DNA of 64,000 nucleotides from Tubulanus polymorphus (Eukaryota; Animalia; Nemertea): NCBI RefSeq assembly GCF_964204645.1, contig NC_134034.1, positions 1,736,072 to 1,800,071 of the forward strand, read 5' to 3'. Shown piece by piece: positions 50,622 to 64,000 of this stretch (position 1 is its first letter; each line of letters starts with the position of its first letter). The notes under the pieces were generated by a model. It saw only the letters and a program-made list of their open reading frames with translations, ran no database searches and was not told where the DNA came from. The position numbers and the translations under genes were made by a program.

Positions 50622-52004
50622 CTATTTTGTGGCTCGTCCGATTAAACGCGTTCGTATAATCGGCCAGTAATTAGAGAACAGCGGTTTCTCGAGATGTTCC
50701 ATGTCGATGTCGGTGAATCCGACCGCTTTTATGATCGGTAGATAATCTCCGAGCATGTTACACGTGGTCGCAGCCTTCCAGACGGGGTTTATCAGCGACA
50801 TCAGACGATATTCCATTCCGTGTTTCTTACCGGGAGCGTGCTGCATTACGTACAATTTACCACCCTACAAATATAAAACATCGAGTTATACTGCTGTGGT
50901 AAGTGAGGATCCACCAGGTGTCGCTAGTGTGCAGTAGGACATCAATTACTGCAGCAACAGCAGCTATAGTGGATTCTACTAGTGGCAAGTGAGGATCCAC
51001 CAGGTGACACTAGTGTACAGTAGGACATGTAGATAATCAACTACTGCAGCAAGTGACAGATCCACTAATGTGCACTAGGTGTCGCTAGTGTACAGTAGGA
51101 CATCAATTACTGCGGCTATCGAGGATTCCACTTGTGGCAAGTGAGGATCCACCAGATGTCGCTAGTGTGCAGTAGGACATCAACTACTGCGGCAATAAAG
51201 GATTCCACGTGTGGTAAGTGAGGATCCACCAGGTGTCGCCAGTGTGCAGTAGGACATCAACTACTGCGGCAATAAAGGATTCCACGTGTGGTAAGTGAGG
51301 ATCCACCATGTGTCGCTAGTGTGCACTAGGACATCAACTACTGCAGCAAGTAACAGATCCACTAGTGTGCACTAGGTGTCACTAGAGTGCAGTAGGACAT
51401 CAACTACTGCAGCAAGTGAGGATCCACCACCAGATGTCGCTATAGTTGCTGATAAATGAATATTTACCGGTTTCAGAATTCTGTAGGTCTGTTCGAGGAA
51501 TTTCTTCGTGTCTCGTGTTTCGCAGAGGACCTCGCAAAGTACGGCCGCGTCAAACGTGCCCTCGTCCAGAATCTCGTCCATCTTTTCGCCGAATCCGACC
51601 TTTATCGCTTTCAAGGTCACATGTTTTCCGAACGTCTGCATGTTTTTCTGGATATATTTCTGACAGCCTTCCATCGGCTCGACAATCGTCACCTGCGAAT
51701 TCTCCGGGAAGAACAAGAAATTTTCACCGGTTCCCGCGCCGATTTCGACAATCTCGAGCGGTCGACCCAAACGCTCCGTCTGCATTCGCATCGTGTCGAA
51801 CAGCGCCCTCTTCAACGCGTGCACGGTCTTTTTCGGGAAGATAAACGACTGGAAGAAAACGAGGACGAGCGGACCGGTCGCTCGGCGACAGACGTGAAGG
51901 ATCCGACGACGCTTGGCCAAAATTATGACCATTAAAACGACGCCCCCCAACGGAAGAAAATTATTCTTCAACTTCAGTAAAATATCGGAATCGATTGCAC
52001 CCAT
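50622..52004 (-). CDS. METTL7/TMT1-like class I SAM-dependent methyltransferase
   Basis: Exon 52004-51468 (N-terminal hydrophobic anchor; VEIGAGTGENF motif I; FDAAV..VLC..YRILKP) plus exon 50864-50622 (GGKLYVMQH..P.WK....CN..AVGF..LIGRATK*). Confidence 0.85.
50890..51445. repeat. 77-bp-family tandem repeat filling the methyltransferase intron
   Basis: same unit as 3548-4050. Confidence 0.9.
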
Positions 52005-52537
52005 TTTCTTAAAACTGCGTATTTAAATCAGGTTCTTTGGTAAATCTCGATTGTTGTAAAGCCTAGCTGTGGAAAAAAAGTGTAAAAACGAATTAGATTC
52101 TCGGAATTTAAGAACATAGACAAAAGACGGCTTTGATTTTGAAGTATAGTTAAAAATGTTTTGCATTTTGCCCTAAAATATTGATTAATCAATTATTGAG
52201 ATGCAGACCCTGGCATGGCAGGCCAATAACAGGGCCCGCAAAAAGACAATCCAAGTTGCGCATCAAAAATAGACTCAAAACGAACCTCACGCCCAAAATC
52301 CAACTGCTTTCCAGCTTGTTCAATGTCAATCCTTACAAACAAGGACGAGTTTTATCTTATAAAAAAAAGTAATCTAGGTTAGCTTAAATGGACAACGGCA
52401 CGGACACCAATTATTAAATAGTCCGGGTCGGTGTCCGCTGTCCATGTTAATCGTCGCCATTTTGTTTATGCACGCTGCCGCCGCCGCGTAAAAATCGTAG
52501 CTTTTTCGGCGATTTTCAGAACTAAATTCGGATTAAA
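52005..52537. promoter_or_regulatory. probable bidirectional promoter region (METTL7-like / TRA2) with YY1-type CGCCATTTT motif at ~52455
   Basis: divergent ATGs separated by 533 bp. Confidence 0.5.
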
Positions 52538-55500
52538 ATGAGCGACTCGGAAGATAACAGATCCCCGAAACATTCTCCCGTTAAACAGGTAAATAGAACA
52601 TACTCGATTCATCGCTTTATTTCACGCGAAAAGTGCATTTTATCTCCGTTGTTTATTTTCAAGAAAACAACTTACTCTTCATTCACTCCAACTGAGTCCA
52701 ACGCGCCACAACTTGACCAACAACGGCACAAATCTCTTCTTTTGTCGAACTCTGTTAACAGTTTTGGATGGTTGGCTTGGGTTACAGGGTCGCAATTTAA
52801 GATCATGCAGGGATGAGGCCCGTCGAAATAAGAAAAACTGAACTATTCAAATTGATAGAAAATCATTTCAAATTCAAGTTGAATATTTATTCATTGATTG
52901 TGTAAAGCCTCACTTGCCGCAGTAGAACATGCCAGTAGCTACGAAAATGAATGATTAAATGAAGGCTATTTAAGTTGCCCAAAAACTTTTTTTTGGTATT
53001 ATGATAGTAGCCTCATGACATATACTGGCAGCGCCACCTTGTGACTGAATCTTCATCGTGGTTTCACTTTCAAAATCATATAACGTTACAAAAATGTCTA
53101 ATTTTTTTTTCCTTATTAAAAAGGAGAATCACAAAGATGACGAAAACGGCAAAGATGACTCGAAATCAAAATCGCGGTCGAGGTCGCGATCGGCCAGTCG
53201 ATCCAAGTCGAAATCGAGGTCGCATTCGAGGTCGCGAGGTCGTTCGTATTCGCGATCGCGGAGCAGAAGCCATCGTAGGAGTCGCAGCCGATCTCACAGT
53301 CCGTATTCCAGACGCAAGTCATATCGAAATAAACAGTAAGTAAACCTTATACAGGCCCTACCAACTCGGGGTGGCGCCACTGATCTTAGAAAAACTGAGA
53401 AACTGTTTAGAATCAGAAAAATCTGGAAAAAAAATCAGGAAAGACTCGGGGGCCCAGTTCCACAAAAAGGTTTAACTCTTAAATCGATTTAATTTCTTCA
53501 TTAATTCAGTTTATCTTAAATCGATTTAGGCCTTAATCCCTTTTGTGAAACTGGGCCCAGGAAAATGCGATCGATTTTACCAAAGATCTAGAGAACTCTA
53601 GGCCGGTTGCATAGTCATGGCTTAGACTTAAGACCAGTCTGAGACCAACTAAGTTCTATAGCCAATCTAACAACTTAAGACCAGTCTTAAGATTTAAGAC
53701 CACTTTTTGACTTAAGTCATGGCTTAGACTTAAGACCAGTCTAAGACGAACTAAGTTCTATAGCCAATCTAACAACTTAAGACAAGTCTTAAGATTTAAG
53801 ACCACTTTTTGACTTAAGTCATGGCTTAGACTTAAGACCAGTCTAAGACGAACTAAGTTCTATAGCCAATCTAACAACTTAAGACCAGTCTTAAGATTTA
53901 AGACCACTTTTTGACGTAAGTCACGACTTTGCGACTGGTTCGAGGGATTTCGGATATTGACCTCGTGTTTCTTTATCTAAACTTGATTCGATGAAAAATG
54001 AATGAGTTGAAACATTTTAATCCTAGAAATTTCTCTGATTCAATCACTCGGGTAATTTTGCGAAACAACATGGAAAATTCGGGTAAATTTCAGGGGATTT
54101 ATAAACGGCTGGAAAGTGCCACCCTGTTCACAAATTTCAAAAGAAGGCGCTTCAATCGCTAATATGTTCCCAACGATCTCTCGTTCGCACCTGCTCCGGT
54201 TGATAACGCTCTATTACGTAACTATGGTAACTGATATTGATTTGTAGTTCGCGTAGTCGCAGTAGATCGTACAGCCCGTCGTCGTCGCGTCGCCGTGGCA
54301 GCCGCAGAGACAGCGGACGTTACTACCGCAGCGGACGCAGTCACAGTAGATCTCCGATGTCCGGCAGGCGACGTCACATGGCCAACAGAGTAAGTTCGAC
54401 TAATTCAAAAATGGCGGCTAAAAATTCGGACGATCATCGCTTAGGCGGTACTAATGTCTATTTCAACTTGACTTCGGAGATCACGTGGCCTAGCTCAGTC
54501 AGTTTTGGTAGTACATACCTGATAAAAGTCTTATTAGGACCAGTAAGCGCTGGCATTTGACCTAAAACGATGATTTTTAATCCAGTTCAAACTGTATTGA
54601 AGGATATCCAAAAGTCTTCATTGAAAGGGCATTATCTGGCGCTCAATTCACCGCAATATCTGATAGCACTAGTACTAAGTCTAATGCACTCCCGATGACA
54701 AGAGTGCTGTTCAAGATTTCTAGGTGATCTAGGCCTTATAATGAATGTGCCTAAGAAATTTTGTTTTGAAAAATATCACCAATTTAATATGGCTGCTAGG
54801 TGGCAGTGTTTATCTAGTGACTGTATAAGTCTCTGTCTGATTTTTACGATGATCCAGATACGAATAAATGCATCTATTTGTTAAAGTGAACTTGTTAAAT
54901 ATGGCTGCGAGGCAGTCGTTAATGTTTATTTCATGCGCGTCTGATTTGTAGGATGATCCCGATCTGATTTGTAGAGCATGATCTAGATCCGAATAAATGC
55001 TGTCATAATAGACAAAATGAAATTTATTAAATATGGCTGCAAGGCAGTCGTCAATGTTTATTTTATCTATTTGTAGGATGATCCCGATCCGAACCGGTGT
55101 TTAGGGATATTCGGATTGAGTTTATACACGCAGGAACGTGATTTGAAGGAGGTATTTCAGCGTTACGGCTCGGTGGATGAGGTGCAGGTCGTATACGACC
55201 ACCGCACCGGTCGGTCGCGAGGGTTCGCATTCCTCTACTACAGAAACTCCGAGGACGCTAAAGTCGTAAGTTCACTCTTCGTTTGTATTTGATGGCTGCC
55301 TCCATAAATCCCCCTATGACATCATCATCTTCCCTAAATAGCCTGTTTAATATACCCTTCGTTATTGAATGGCTGCCTCCGCAAATCCCCCTATGACATC
55401 AATTCGATTTGATTTATTTAGACCGTTATATGAAACATGGCCACTTCGTAAATCCTCCTATGACATCATCAAATTGTTCATTAGTTAGCAACTTGATCTG

Positions 55501-56323
55501 TTATTGATAGACACTTCTAGCATAGATGACTGGCTCCATAAATCCCCCTATGACATCATCAAATTGTTCGTTATTTGGCAATTTGATCTGTTATTAATAT
55601 ACACTTCTAGAATAGATGACTGGCTCCATAAAAATAAATCCCCCTATGACATCATTCAAACAGAACTATTCATATGATTTATAAACACTTCCAGAAGATG
55701 TCGGCCTTCATAAATCCCCCTATGACATCATCAAATTGATTCATACATATAAATTCAGGTGTATTGAGATGATTGTATTGGTCGTATTGTATCGTATTGT
55801 AGGCTAAAGAGAGGTGTAATGGTATCGAGATCGATGGCAGACGTATTCGAGTTGATTTCTCAATTACAGAACGAGCTCACACCCCGACTCCCGGAATATA
55901 CCTCGGCAAATCGACGTAAGTCTATTATTAACCCTACATCATCTAACTACGCAACAGAGGAAATACATGGAAAACTCAGGGAAACAGAAATCTAGAACAA
56001 ATTTGGGGACATTGTCCGACAACTTCGGGAATGAATAGGGAAGGATATTTTAAACCCAGAAATTTCTCTGATTCACTTGGGGAATTTTGTGTAATCGCAT
56101 GGATAAATCTGAAAGTCCCGCGGATCTGCGTTGTATAACCCTAATTTTAGGTTCACCGTTGGTTGTATTATTACGTGACGACGTCTCACGATCGGTCGTT
56201 TCTGTTTGTGATTATAGGGGGCGTGGATATCGGCGTTCGCCGTCGCCGCGTTACAGCCGCAGCAGCCGTCACTACAGTCGCCGCTCGCGATCAAGGTCAA
56301 GGTCGTATTCGCCTCGTAAGTAG
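52538..56323 (+). CDS. TRA2: transformer-2 homolog (RS-RRM-RS splicing factor)
   Basis: Exons 52538-52588, 53124-53335, 54248-54389 ([15 protein letters not shown]), 55077-55265 ([28 protein letters not shown]), 55803-55915 ([24 protein letters not shown]), 56218-56315/56323 (RRSPSP..SRSYSPR); the last codons may be spliced to a downstream exon. Confidence 0.95.
55290..55740. repeat. degenerate intronic repeat (AAATCCCCCTATGACATCATC); inverted copies at ~50300-50420
   Basis: about six dispersed tandem cores. Confidence 0.7.
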
Positions 56324-57415
56324 CCGTCGTGTCGTCGTGTCGCCTCTCTTCCTCTCTCCGACCTCCCTCCGACCGGGAAGGGAGGTTTTTGTCCCGAACT
56401 GAAGCAGAGTTGTTGTCGTGGTTTTGTTTGTAGTTCGTAGGCAGTGTTCTCCATATAGGCTGTGTTGGAATTTTAAAAGGGGCCGCATTATAACACGGGG
56501 GGGGCTTTCGATGCCTCTGAAAATACGGACAATTTAATTCAACTTAATTTCGGAGTAATCTTCTATTTTTCACTGTAGCTCAATATATCAATATTTCATA
56601 AGCATTAGGAAGATATTGACACCCGCTCAGGTAGAGGGGTAGCAGATATTTTATAAGGGGTGCAGCAGATTTTCACAGGGTCGGATGTAAAAATGAAAGG
56701 GGGTGGCTGCCCCTCTAAAATCTCATGTGGAGAACACTGAATAAGTATAGTTAAAACCCGGTTTAGTCGTGGTTAGTTATGTCATCTCTATTGGTATTTC
56801 TGATTTTATCTGCCAAGTCTTAAGTCATCATTTTGGATAAGTCGTCAAAAGCAATGATGGTCACAGCTCCGACGACTTTTGCGGGTTTGGCAATCTGAAG
56901 TCGGCATTGTCGTCTCTATTTTTGTAAAAGATTTGATAAACTAAGCGTAAGTCGTTGATAAGTCGGCAGTTAATGATCGTCACAAATATTGACGACTTTA
57001 GCGCGAGTTTCAGTGTAGTTAGTTCCTTTGTGTTTTTTTTTTTTAATCGACTTGAGAAAAAGAAACTATGAAATTGATGTTTTTTTAATTTTTGGTACAG
57101 AAAACTCTGGACCCAGTTTCATGACAAAAAGTTCTAGCTCAAATTTGTTTTTCCTCGTTGAGGAAAGTGTGAAGTGACCATTTTGAAAGGTCACTTCACA
57201 CTTAATTGATTCCTAAATTTTAGGAATTAAACCTAAGATTTAAGTTTTGCTTTTATCATGACACTGGGCCTGCTGTTAGCGCTTGGTTCCACAGTTGCTC
57301 TAATGAGCTGGAGATAATTTTAGACATATGATTTCCAACAATTCCACCACAGTGCGGTGTATCATGGACATCTCACCATGGTGCGGTGTATCGTTAGTCA
57401 CTAATATTAAGCTGT

Positions 57416-57575
57416 GGGATCATTCATTAATTACGTACGCATAAGATTTGAAATTTTCAATCCCCCTCTGTGCGCAAAATCGGCCATTTTTTCATATACA
57501 TTAAGCATTACAGTACGCAATTGCACCGACCCCCTCCCCCTCCCTCTAATGCGTACGTATTAAATGAATGACCCC
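57416..57575. mobile_element. MITE with GGGATCATTCAT..ATGAATGACCCC TIRs; copies at 62596-62721 and 63450-63595
   Basis: TIRs and shared internal sequence in three copies. Confidence 0.75.
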
Positions 57576-58839
57576 TGTGTTTGACAGATGCCGCCATCTT
57601 TCAATGGAGATAATATCTGATTAATAGTTAAATCAATAGATCAAATCAATAAATCAAATAGTTATATCCATACACCGCGGTGCGATGTATTGGCTGGCAT
57701 CCTGTATGAACTGTGCAGCCGGGTGCGGCGGTGTCACTACCGAAGAAGAACAAATCGATAATTTTCCTCGGATGGAAAGACGCCTCGTATTCTGACGCGA
57801 GCCTTCTTTATATTTCTTTTCTAGGTTATTAAACAAAAACGTGTAAAATATAAACGCCGCAAACTCCGTTTCGGTTTCCAGTCAGAGGAATCGTAGTTTT
57901 AAAAACCGTCGTATCTTATTCTTTAAAAAAAACGAGGTCGTCTCGACCTAATTATTTTGTATATGTAAAAAATGAATTCACGTTTCGCCTGAAATTTAGT
58001 TTTGTGTTCCGTGCTGTTTGTCACCATCACGTGGGTCGCGGAGAGGGTTGGGCTGAAGGGAACGCGGACCTGATTACGATGGCTGGGTCTGTTTGAGGTA
58101 TCCTTAATAATTTCAACTTGGCTTGAGAGGACACCAGGCGGCCTCGCTCAGTCGGTTTTACTAGCCTCAATCGCTGATCCTATATCAAAATACTCTCAAA
58201 ATCAGAAAGGTTTCTAGTTCCGAAATGGAAATACCGGTGTGAGGTAGTCAGGTCTGAGAAAGGGGGGGCAGTAGTGGATTTAGTTGATGATACAGAGTTA
58301 AAACGCGAACGTTTATATCGCTAAAATTAGTTCAGATGTATCCTAAAACTCGTGTACATAGAATCATCATATTGTAATTCGGTGTTTAAATCATTGTTGT
58401 GAACCTCGTCGTTCTCTGCAGTCATCGCAGTTTACCGTCAAACTTTGCTTAATTCGTCGTCTTTAAAGGCATTCGGTGGATCCTCGCTTGCCATAAGCGG
58501 AATTTGACCTCGATTGCCGCAGTAGGCGTTGGAGGTTGCCTGTTCAGTGACGTACTCGGGGAGAGGGGCAGATCGGGGGGGAATGGTGACATCTAAAGCC
58601 CTCTCATTTTGTCAATTAACAAAAATTGATGCATTTCAGTGCAGGATTACACTTTGTATTGCTTAAAAATGGTCACCTAATTGGTGAGGCCCAGTAAGTG
58701 CCGGACGGGAGTACGCCTATTTCGGCCCTTTTGTTATATGGCAAGTCGTTCAAAAATTGACCCCAGGATCTGTTCCTGGTACTAGTAATCTTTTCAAAAA
58801 GTCAACAAGGTTAATGATCACGCTATATAAATGTTTATG

Positions 58840-58886
<47 letters not shown>
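58840..58886. repeat. (GATT)n microsatellite
   Basis: ~11 copies. Confidence 0.95.
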
Positions 58887-58888
<2 letters not shown>

Positions 58889-59154
58889 GATCACGCTCGC
58901 CCTCGCAGCGACTTAGCCGGGTTAACTAATTGCATCATTTCATTTGTTATGCCTGTAGAGCGTTGACTCTGATGACTGTAGACGTGCGCGTGGTTCCGTT
59001 GTGAAGAGGGACGACGGGGATCCGCTTCACAGGAGGTCAGGGGGGCCGTGTACGAGTACGGGTCAGTACGAGCCAGTGAGGGGATGTGTTTATTTTATGT
59101 AAGCCCTGTGCGCAGTGTATCTGTGTCCCCCCCCCTCGGACCCCGTCGTTTCTC

Positions 59155-59470
59155 GTCCTCCCGCGGCAGGGATTCGAACCTGATGGTGTCGTGTTGAGGC
59201 TCGGCCACGGCACAAAACCCTGTCGCACTAGACCGGATGCGTGGGGCTGGTTTGCGCTCGAAAACTTGCCTCTTGTTTTAATCGCTGAGGTAAATTTCAC
59301 GGAAGAACTATAAATGGGAAAACCCGTGCTAAAATAAAACAGATCTGATTGGCTAATAATGACATCATCTAAGCTGCGCGTGTAGCTGCGCGCTCGGTCT
59401 AGTGCGGCAGGGTTTCGTACCGTGGCGAGTCTCGATGCTATCGGGTTCGAATCCCTGCCGGGGGAGGATG
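59155..59470. mobile_element. inverted pair of tRNA-like/SINE heads with perfect B-boxes
   Basis: GGTCTAGTGCG(G/A)CAGGGTTT..GGTTCGAATCCCTGCCG on minus (59155-59245) and plus (59390-59470). Confidence 0.55.
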
Positions 59471-62400
59471 GTCGTTCTTTTCTACATTAGACCTGGTTAA
59501 AATGATACCGGTTATCACTGTAAATAATATGTATACATTTACTATTCCAATTTTAATCGATTTTTGTAGTTAAAAAAAATTTGAGTTTTTTTTTTGCGGT
59601 TTGCTTCCTATGTGACAAGTTCGACCCGGGCTGTTGACTTCACTTTTTGCCTAAATTCATTCAATATGGCCACAAGGCAGCCTGCCTTTTATGTTCTTCA
59701 GTCATGGCTTTGACACTGTAGCCAGTCTTAGCAGATTTAAGACCACTTTTGGACTTATCTCAAAATAACCCAAAAAAACTGGGTTGCGGGTGCCGATCCA
59801 GAGGGTCCACTAGTTGCCGTTGAAGCCCCGCCAAAGCCTCCAGAAAAAATTGGGATCTATCAGGGGGTAATAAATTTATGGTTATATAAGCCTAACAACT
59901 CCTAATTATAGCCCTCGCAGAATGCTTCTCAGAAAGCCTCATTCTAAAAATTGTCCGCCAATTGATGTGTGAACCTGCCAAGCAAAATAAAACCTGGGCC
60001 TGGTCATGGAAGTGGGCGTGGAGGTCCCCTGGTCAAACCGGCCACTTATTTTTGCTGGGATTATTAAACATTTTTTGATAAAATCTGAAAGAACGAAATC
60101 TTTTTTAGTTCTGTTCATCGAAATATGATTTTTTCACGTAGCGAAACTTGTCGGCGATATTTTAACAATTCTTGTAAATCGTAAAGTAAATCGAATGAGT
60201 TGTATCGAAATAAAGAATACTTGTGATGTTTGCTGATTAAAAAAAAAAAATCTGAAATATTTTCTTTTTCTTCGTCATTTTTTTTTTATAGTGTCTTTTT
60301 TCCAGACTTGACTGAAAAAAAATTAACGCAATGATTTTATCTTGTATTGCAAAGGCTAGAAGAAAGAAAATTGTGTGCACTGAAAAATGAAAAATGAAAA
60401 ATTCGAAAATACTCTTGAAAACCCATGAAAAAACCCGGAAGAGAAAAAGCGAAAATTCGGTTGTTGAAAAACCAAAAATGAAAACCTCCGGATGAAAAAA
60501 TGAAAAAAAATTTTTCGGAAAAAAAAATTTTCGGAAAAAATCGCCGAAGAAATTGCGGAAGATTGAAACGAAACAAACAAAAAGAGAAACGAAAATTTGA
60601 CAAAAATAATTCCGGAAAGGTGAAGATTGTGGCGGGTAGGGGTTTCCCCAGTAAACGGGGATTCCCGCGCTCGGCCGTGGACTGAAGAATGTTCAGGGTA
60701 TAGTATTAAATCACCATCCTACTACCCCTATCGGTTTGACTGTAATTGAACTCTTCCACCTGTCGTCGGTCAAGTCGAGACTGACCGCTGTCCAGTCCAG
60801 TCCAGCATGCTTGTGTTACCAACCTGCTTTAAAGAACAACGATTGCAATAAAATGAATTTTAACCGTCGCGACTGTTCCGATTGGCTGGGGGACTTTAAC
60901 GGATTCACGTCTGCTCAAGTCAGATCTGTAAGGATGAAATTTGTCTTTGGCGGCTATGATGAAAAATATCTGAAGAAATCAGGGTCCAATTAGACAGTTG
61001 CGTTACAAATATCGCGTCAAACACATCTAATCAAGGTCCCTACGACTCCTGGATTCCTTGAAAATTCCTAGAAAATCCTTCAATTTGACCAAAATGCCTG
61101 GAACTCCTTTAAAACTGAATTTTGAGAAATACGCAATTAGAAATTTAGTAGACTACTCCTAAATTGATTATTTTTGCCAATTAGGCAGTTTACCGGTTAA
61201 CCGAGATAAACAGTACGGATTTAGGAGGAGTTTACAATAATTGGGATATGAAAGTGATGCAGACGCTTCCTCAAAATAGGAAACTTTCTCCTTCAAAACT
61301 CGGCCAATCTTCAGGGACCCTTTCTACGGAAATTGGAATAATTGAATAAATCTTTCGAACGAATACTATGAGTAACTGTAGCGTAACTGGGTCCGTATCA
61401 GTTTAATACGATTAGAAGTTGAGACATATTTCGTCGAACAAAGATCCGACTTGCGCCGGTCTGGGTCCGAATCTGGCGCCGGCTACGTCTGTTTTTCTCT
61501 GTGAAATATTTTAAACGTTTTTTTTTTTATATGAATTTTGAATATTGAAGCCTCGGAAGAAAGAAAAGAGAAAATTCTCTCTAGTATTGAACGCGACGGC
61601 TCTGTCTGAAAAGTTACGCGCGTGAAAATTGAAAAACCGAGGAAAAGAAAAAAACTAAACTCGGGGACCGCGGAGATCTTCGTCGTCGGTCTCGATTTTA
61701 AAACGAAGCGATCGTCACTAATTGGTTGAAAACACGAGGAACGGGAAGAATGGTTGCCGTCTCCGCCTGTCAATCATTCGCAGGAGACTCCGCCTTCTTT
61801 TCCGTTACCACTAACGTACGGAAGTTTTAACCCAGGCCAGTTCTCGGTCAGTTATCCGACAAGAGTCCGGTTGCTCGAAAGTCGGTAAGTGTTAGTCAGC
61901 GGATAGTTCCTATAGCGACGATTTAAAGTTCATTGTTGCTAGGGAATTTATCCGCCGATTAACTTAACCAACGTTCGACCAACTGACCCGAGAATGTTCA
62001 GCCATTTTCGATCGCGCTCCTCCGGGAGGTTGACATTTCTTGTCTTAACTTCCGAATGCGGTGATCAAGAAATAGATCATTCTTCTGGAAAGGGACAATC
62101 GAAAATGGACGGTTCATAAAAGTACATTCGATTCTTTATGCTTTAAATAGGTGCTCCTTTCACATAGAGGTCACGCGTACCTACGGCTTTAGTACGTACG
62201 CACTTTATGAACGATCCTGAAAGGGTTTTATCCAGGGAGGGGGGTTATTTTTAAACCATGGTCGGGTAGACGTGTCGTATGCCACTGCTGGTCAAATTTG
62301 TATTTTTATAACGCGATGCGATTTTTTGTGAATGAATAAAGATTTGCATTTATTTTAGAAGAAATGTTTTCATTCGTGGTTTCAGTGGCAGGACCTTGAT

Positions 62401-63732
62401 TTGTGCAAGCGTGTGGACTCCTCATCAATCTGCTGACTGGAACCACATTCCCCACAACCTGGAACCACTCAATCCCTCTCATAGACTACGATCTCTGCGC
62501 CCTGGAAATCCACCTCTTCTTCGAGAACATGTACTTAAGCAAAGGGTTTGATTGCCTCCTGTTAAACCCTGGCCACAGACCCTTCAATGGTCTAGGGATC
62601 ATTCATTTATTGCGTATGCATCAAGTTTGTTTCCCCCCTCCCCCCCCCCCCCCATTAAGCATTACTGTAGGCATTTACCTCTCCCTCCCCTAATGGGTAT
62701 GTAATAAATGAATGATCCCCTTCAAGATTTCTTGGGCAGCCAGGGAATAGACCAATAGACTGAAGGGTCTGTAGCCAAGGCCTCTGGTGTTCAGTAGGAG
62801 GCTATGTAACCCAGGAGAGTGAAGACATTGGTGAAAAGCAGACGGCGTAAAGTGTCCTGGCTGCAAATTTATAAAAGTCGGTCAGCGTTTTTATTCCATT
62901 TCAGTAAAACCATTGATAGAAACTGAAACAGATTCGAATATTTATTTTTTATTTACAAAAAAAAACAAAACAACACACACGAACTTTCCATCGATAATGA
63001 ATGAAGAAGCAGCAGACGCGATGTTTGATGAGACAACGTTGAAACGGAACGAGAGAGAAATTATTAACTAGAAATGAAATAAATGCCGTTTAAAAATAGC
63101 ACCTCATATAAACGTGTCAACAGACTCAGTCAGGGGGGGGTTAGTCAAAGTCCACGGGGCCCCGCTGGGGAAACCAGACACTGTCTAGTGGCTGGTGCCC
63201 CCTAGTGACTCCCTGGTATTGACGCGGTCTCTACACATCAGTTAATTCTGGATAAAAAATTTCAATAAAGGAAATTATATCTTATTCCGAGGAAGTCGTT
63301 TATCTCGGTAAAACATAAATTGAATGGTTTTGTAGGCGAAATTCTTATCGTTTACGCAAAACTTGATTTCTCGCTGGGTAGAGAATAAACGCAGGTCCTG
63401 AATGTATCGATTTAGGTGTAGTTTACCGTACTACATCAAACTAAACTAGCGATCATTCATTTATTACGTACGCATAAAATTAGACGTTATCAACCCCCCC
63501 TCCCCCCTCTGTACGCAAAATCGGCCATTTTTCATGTACATTAAGCATAACAGTACGCAATTGCACTGACGCGTACGTAATAAATTAATGACCCCATAGA
63601 CAAAAATTTATCAAATTACCTATTTCTCAAATTTGAAGGAAATTCAGGCATTTTGCTCAAATTAACAGAGTTTCTGTTAAGAAATCGAGTTGTAGGGACT
63701 CTGATAGGTGTAAAACTGGTAGGTGCTGCCCC

Positions 63733-63945
63733 CTAGTGACTGTCCGGTATAGCCGATGTAGAGTATATGGAAGAAGACGCCGGCGAACGCATCCATTGTA
63801 AATAATCTTTCATTTCGACGTCGTAGCGTTTTTTCTCCGAGTCGTACAAATCTTGATAGATCTTACGATCCTGCGGCGGAAGGTGTTGCCATTTTTCGGC
63901 GAGAACTCGACTCAAATCGTGAGCAGTCGACTCCGTTTTATGCTC
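63733..63945 (-). CDS. last exon of an HMG-box protein
   Basis: TTTCAG acceptor; DLSRVLAEKWQHLPPQDRKIYQDLYDSEKKRYDVEMKDY corresponds to HMG helices 2-3. Confidence 0.85.
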   Translation of the reverse strand, partial: EHKTESTAHDLSRVLAEKWQHLPPQDRKIYQDLYDSEKKRYDVEMKDYLQWMRSPASSSIYSTSAIPDSH

Positions 63946-64000
63946 CTGAAACGAACAAATAAAATCGAGAATAGGTTTAACCCTTTCAGTGCTGGCTAAT

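Noticed and set aside
51446-51935. Plus-strand ORFs over the methyltransferase exon
   Set aside because: Antisense shadows of GC-rich coding sequence.

Overview
Eukaryotic, intron-rich, repeat-rich invertebrate genomic DNA. A lophotrochozoan such as a ribbon worm is plausible, but this is an inference. Genes, left to right: 5' part of an SRCIN1/KIAA1217 (AIP3-domain) gene (-); a four-copy ~4-kb tandem array (18.1-33.5 kb); a secreted astacin-TSP1x2-MAMx2 metalloprotease (+); OVCA2/FSH1 serine hydrolase (+); METTL7-like methyltransferase (-); TRA2 splicing factor (+); last exon of an HMG-box gene (-). Main discovery: each tandem unit hides a small three-exon gene that the ORF track mostly misses. 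Each encodes a 54-56 aa secreted precursor with a near-invariant signal peptide and a hypervariable six-Cys C-C-CC-C-C inhibitor-cystine-knot (knottin) peptide, making a toxin-like gene cluster. The units are separated by 69-bp tandem arrays in which each monomer is a minimal type I hammerhead-ribozyme motif of the Penelope/retrozyme kind. The window also holds many minisatellites and MITEs. All exon models and translations were read by hand; no database search was run.
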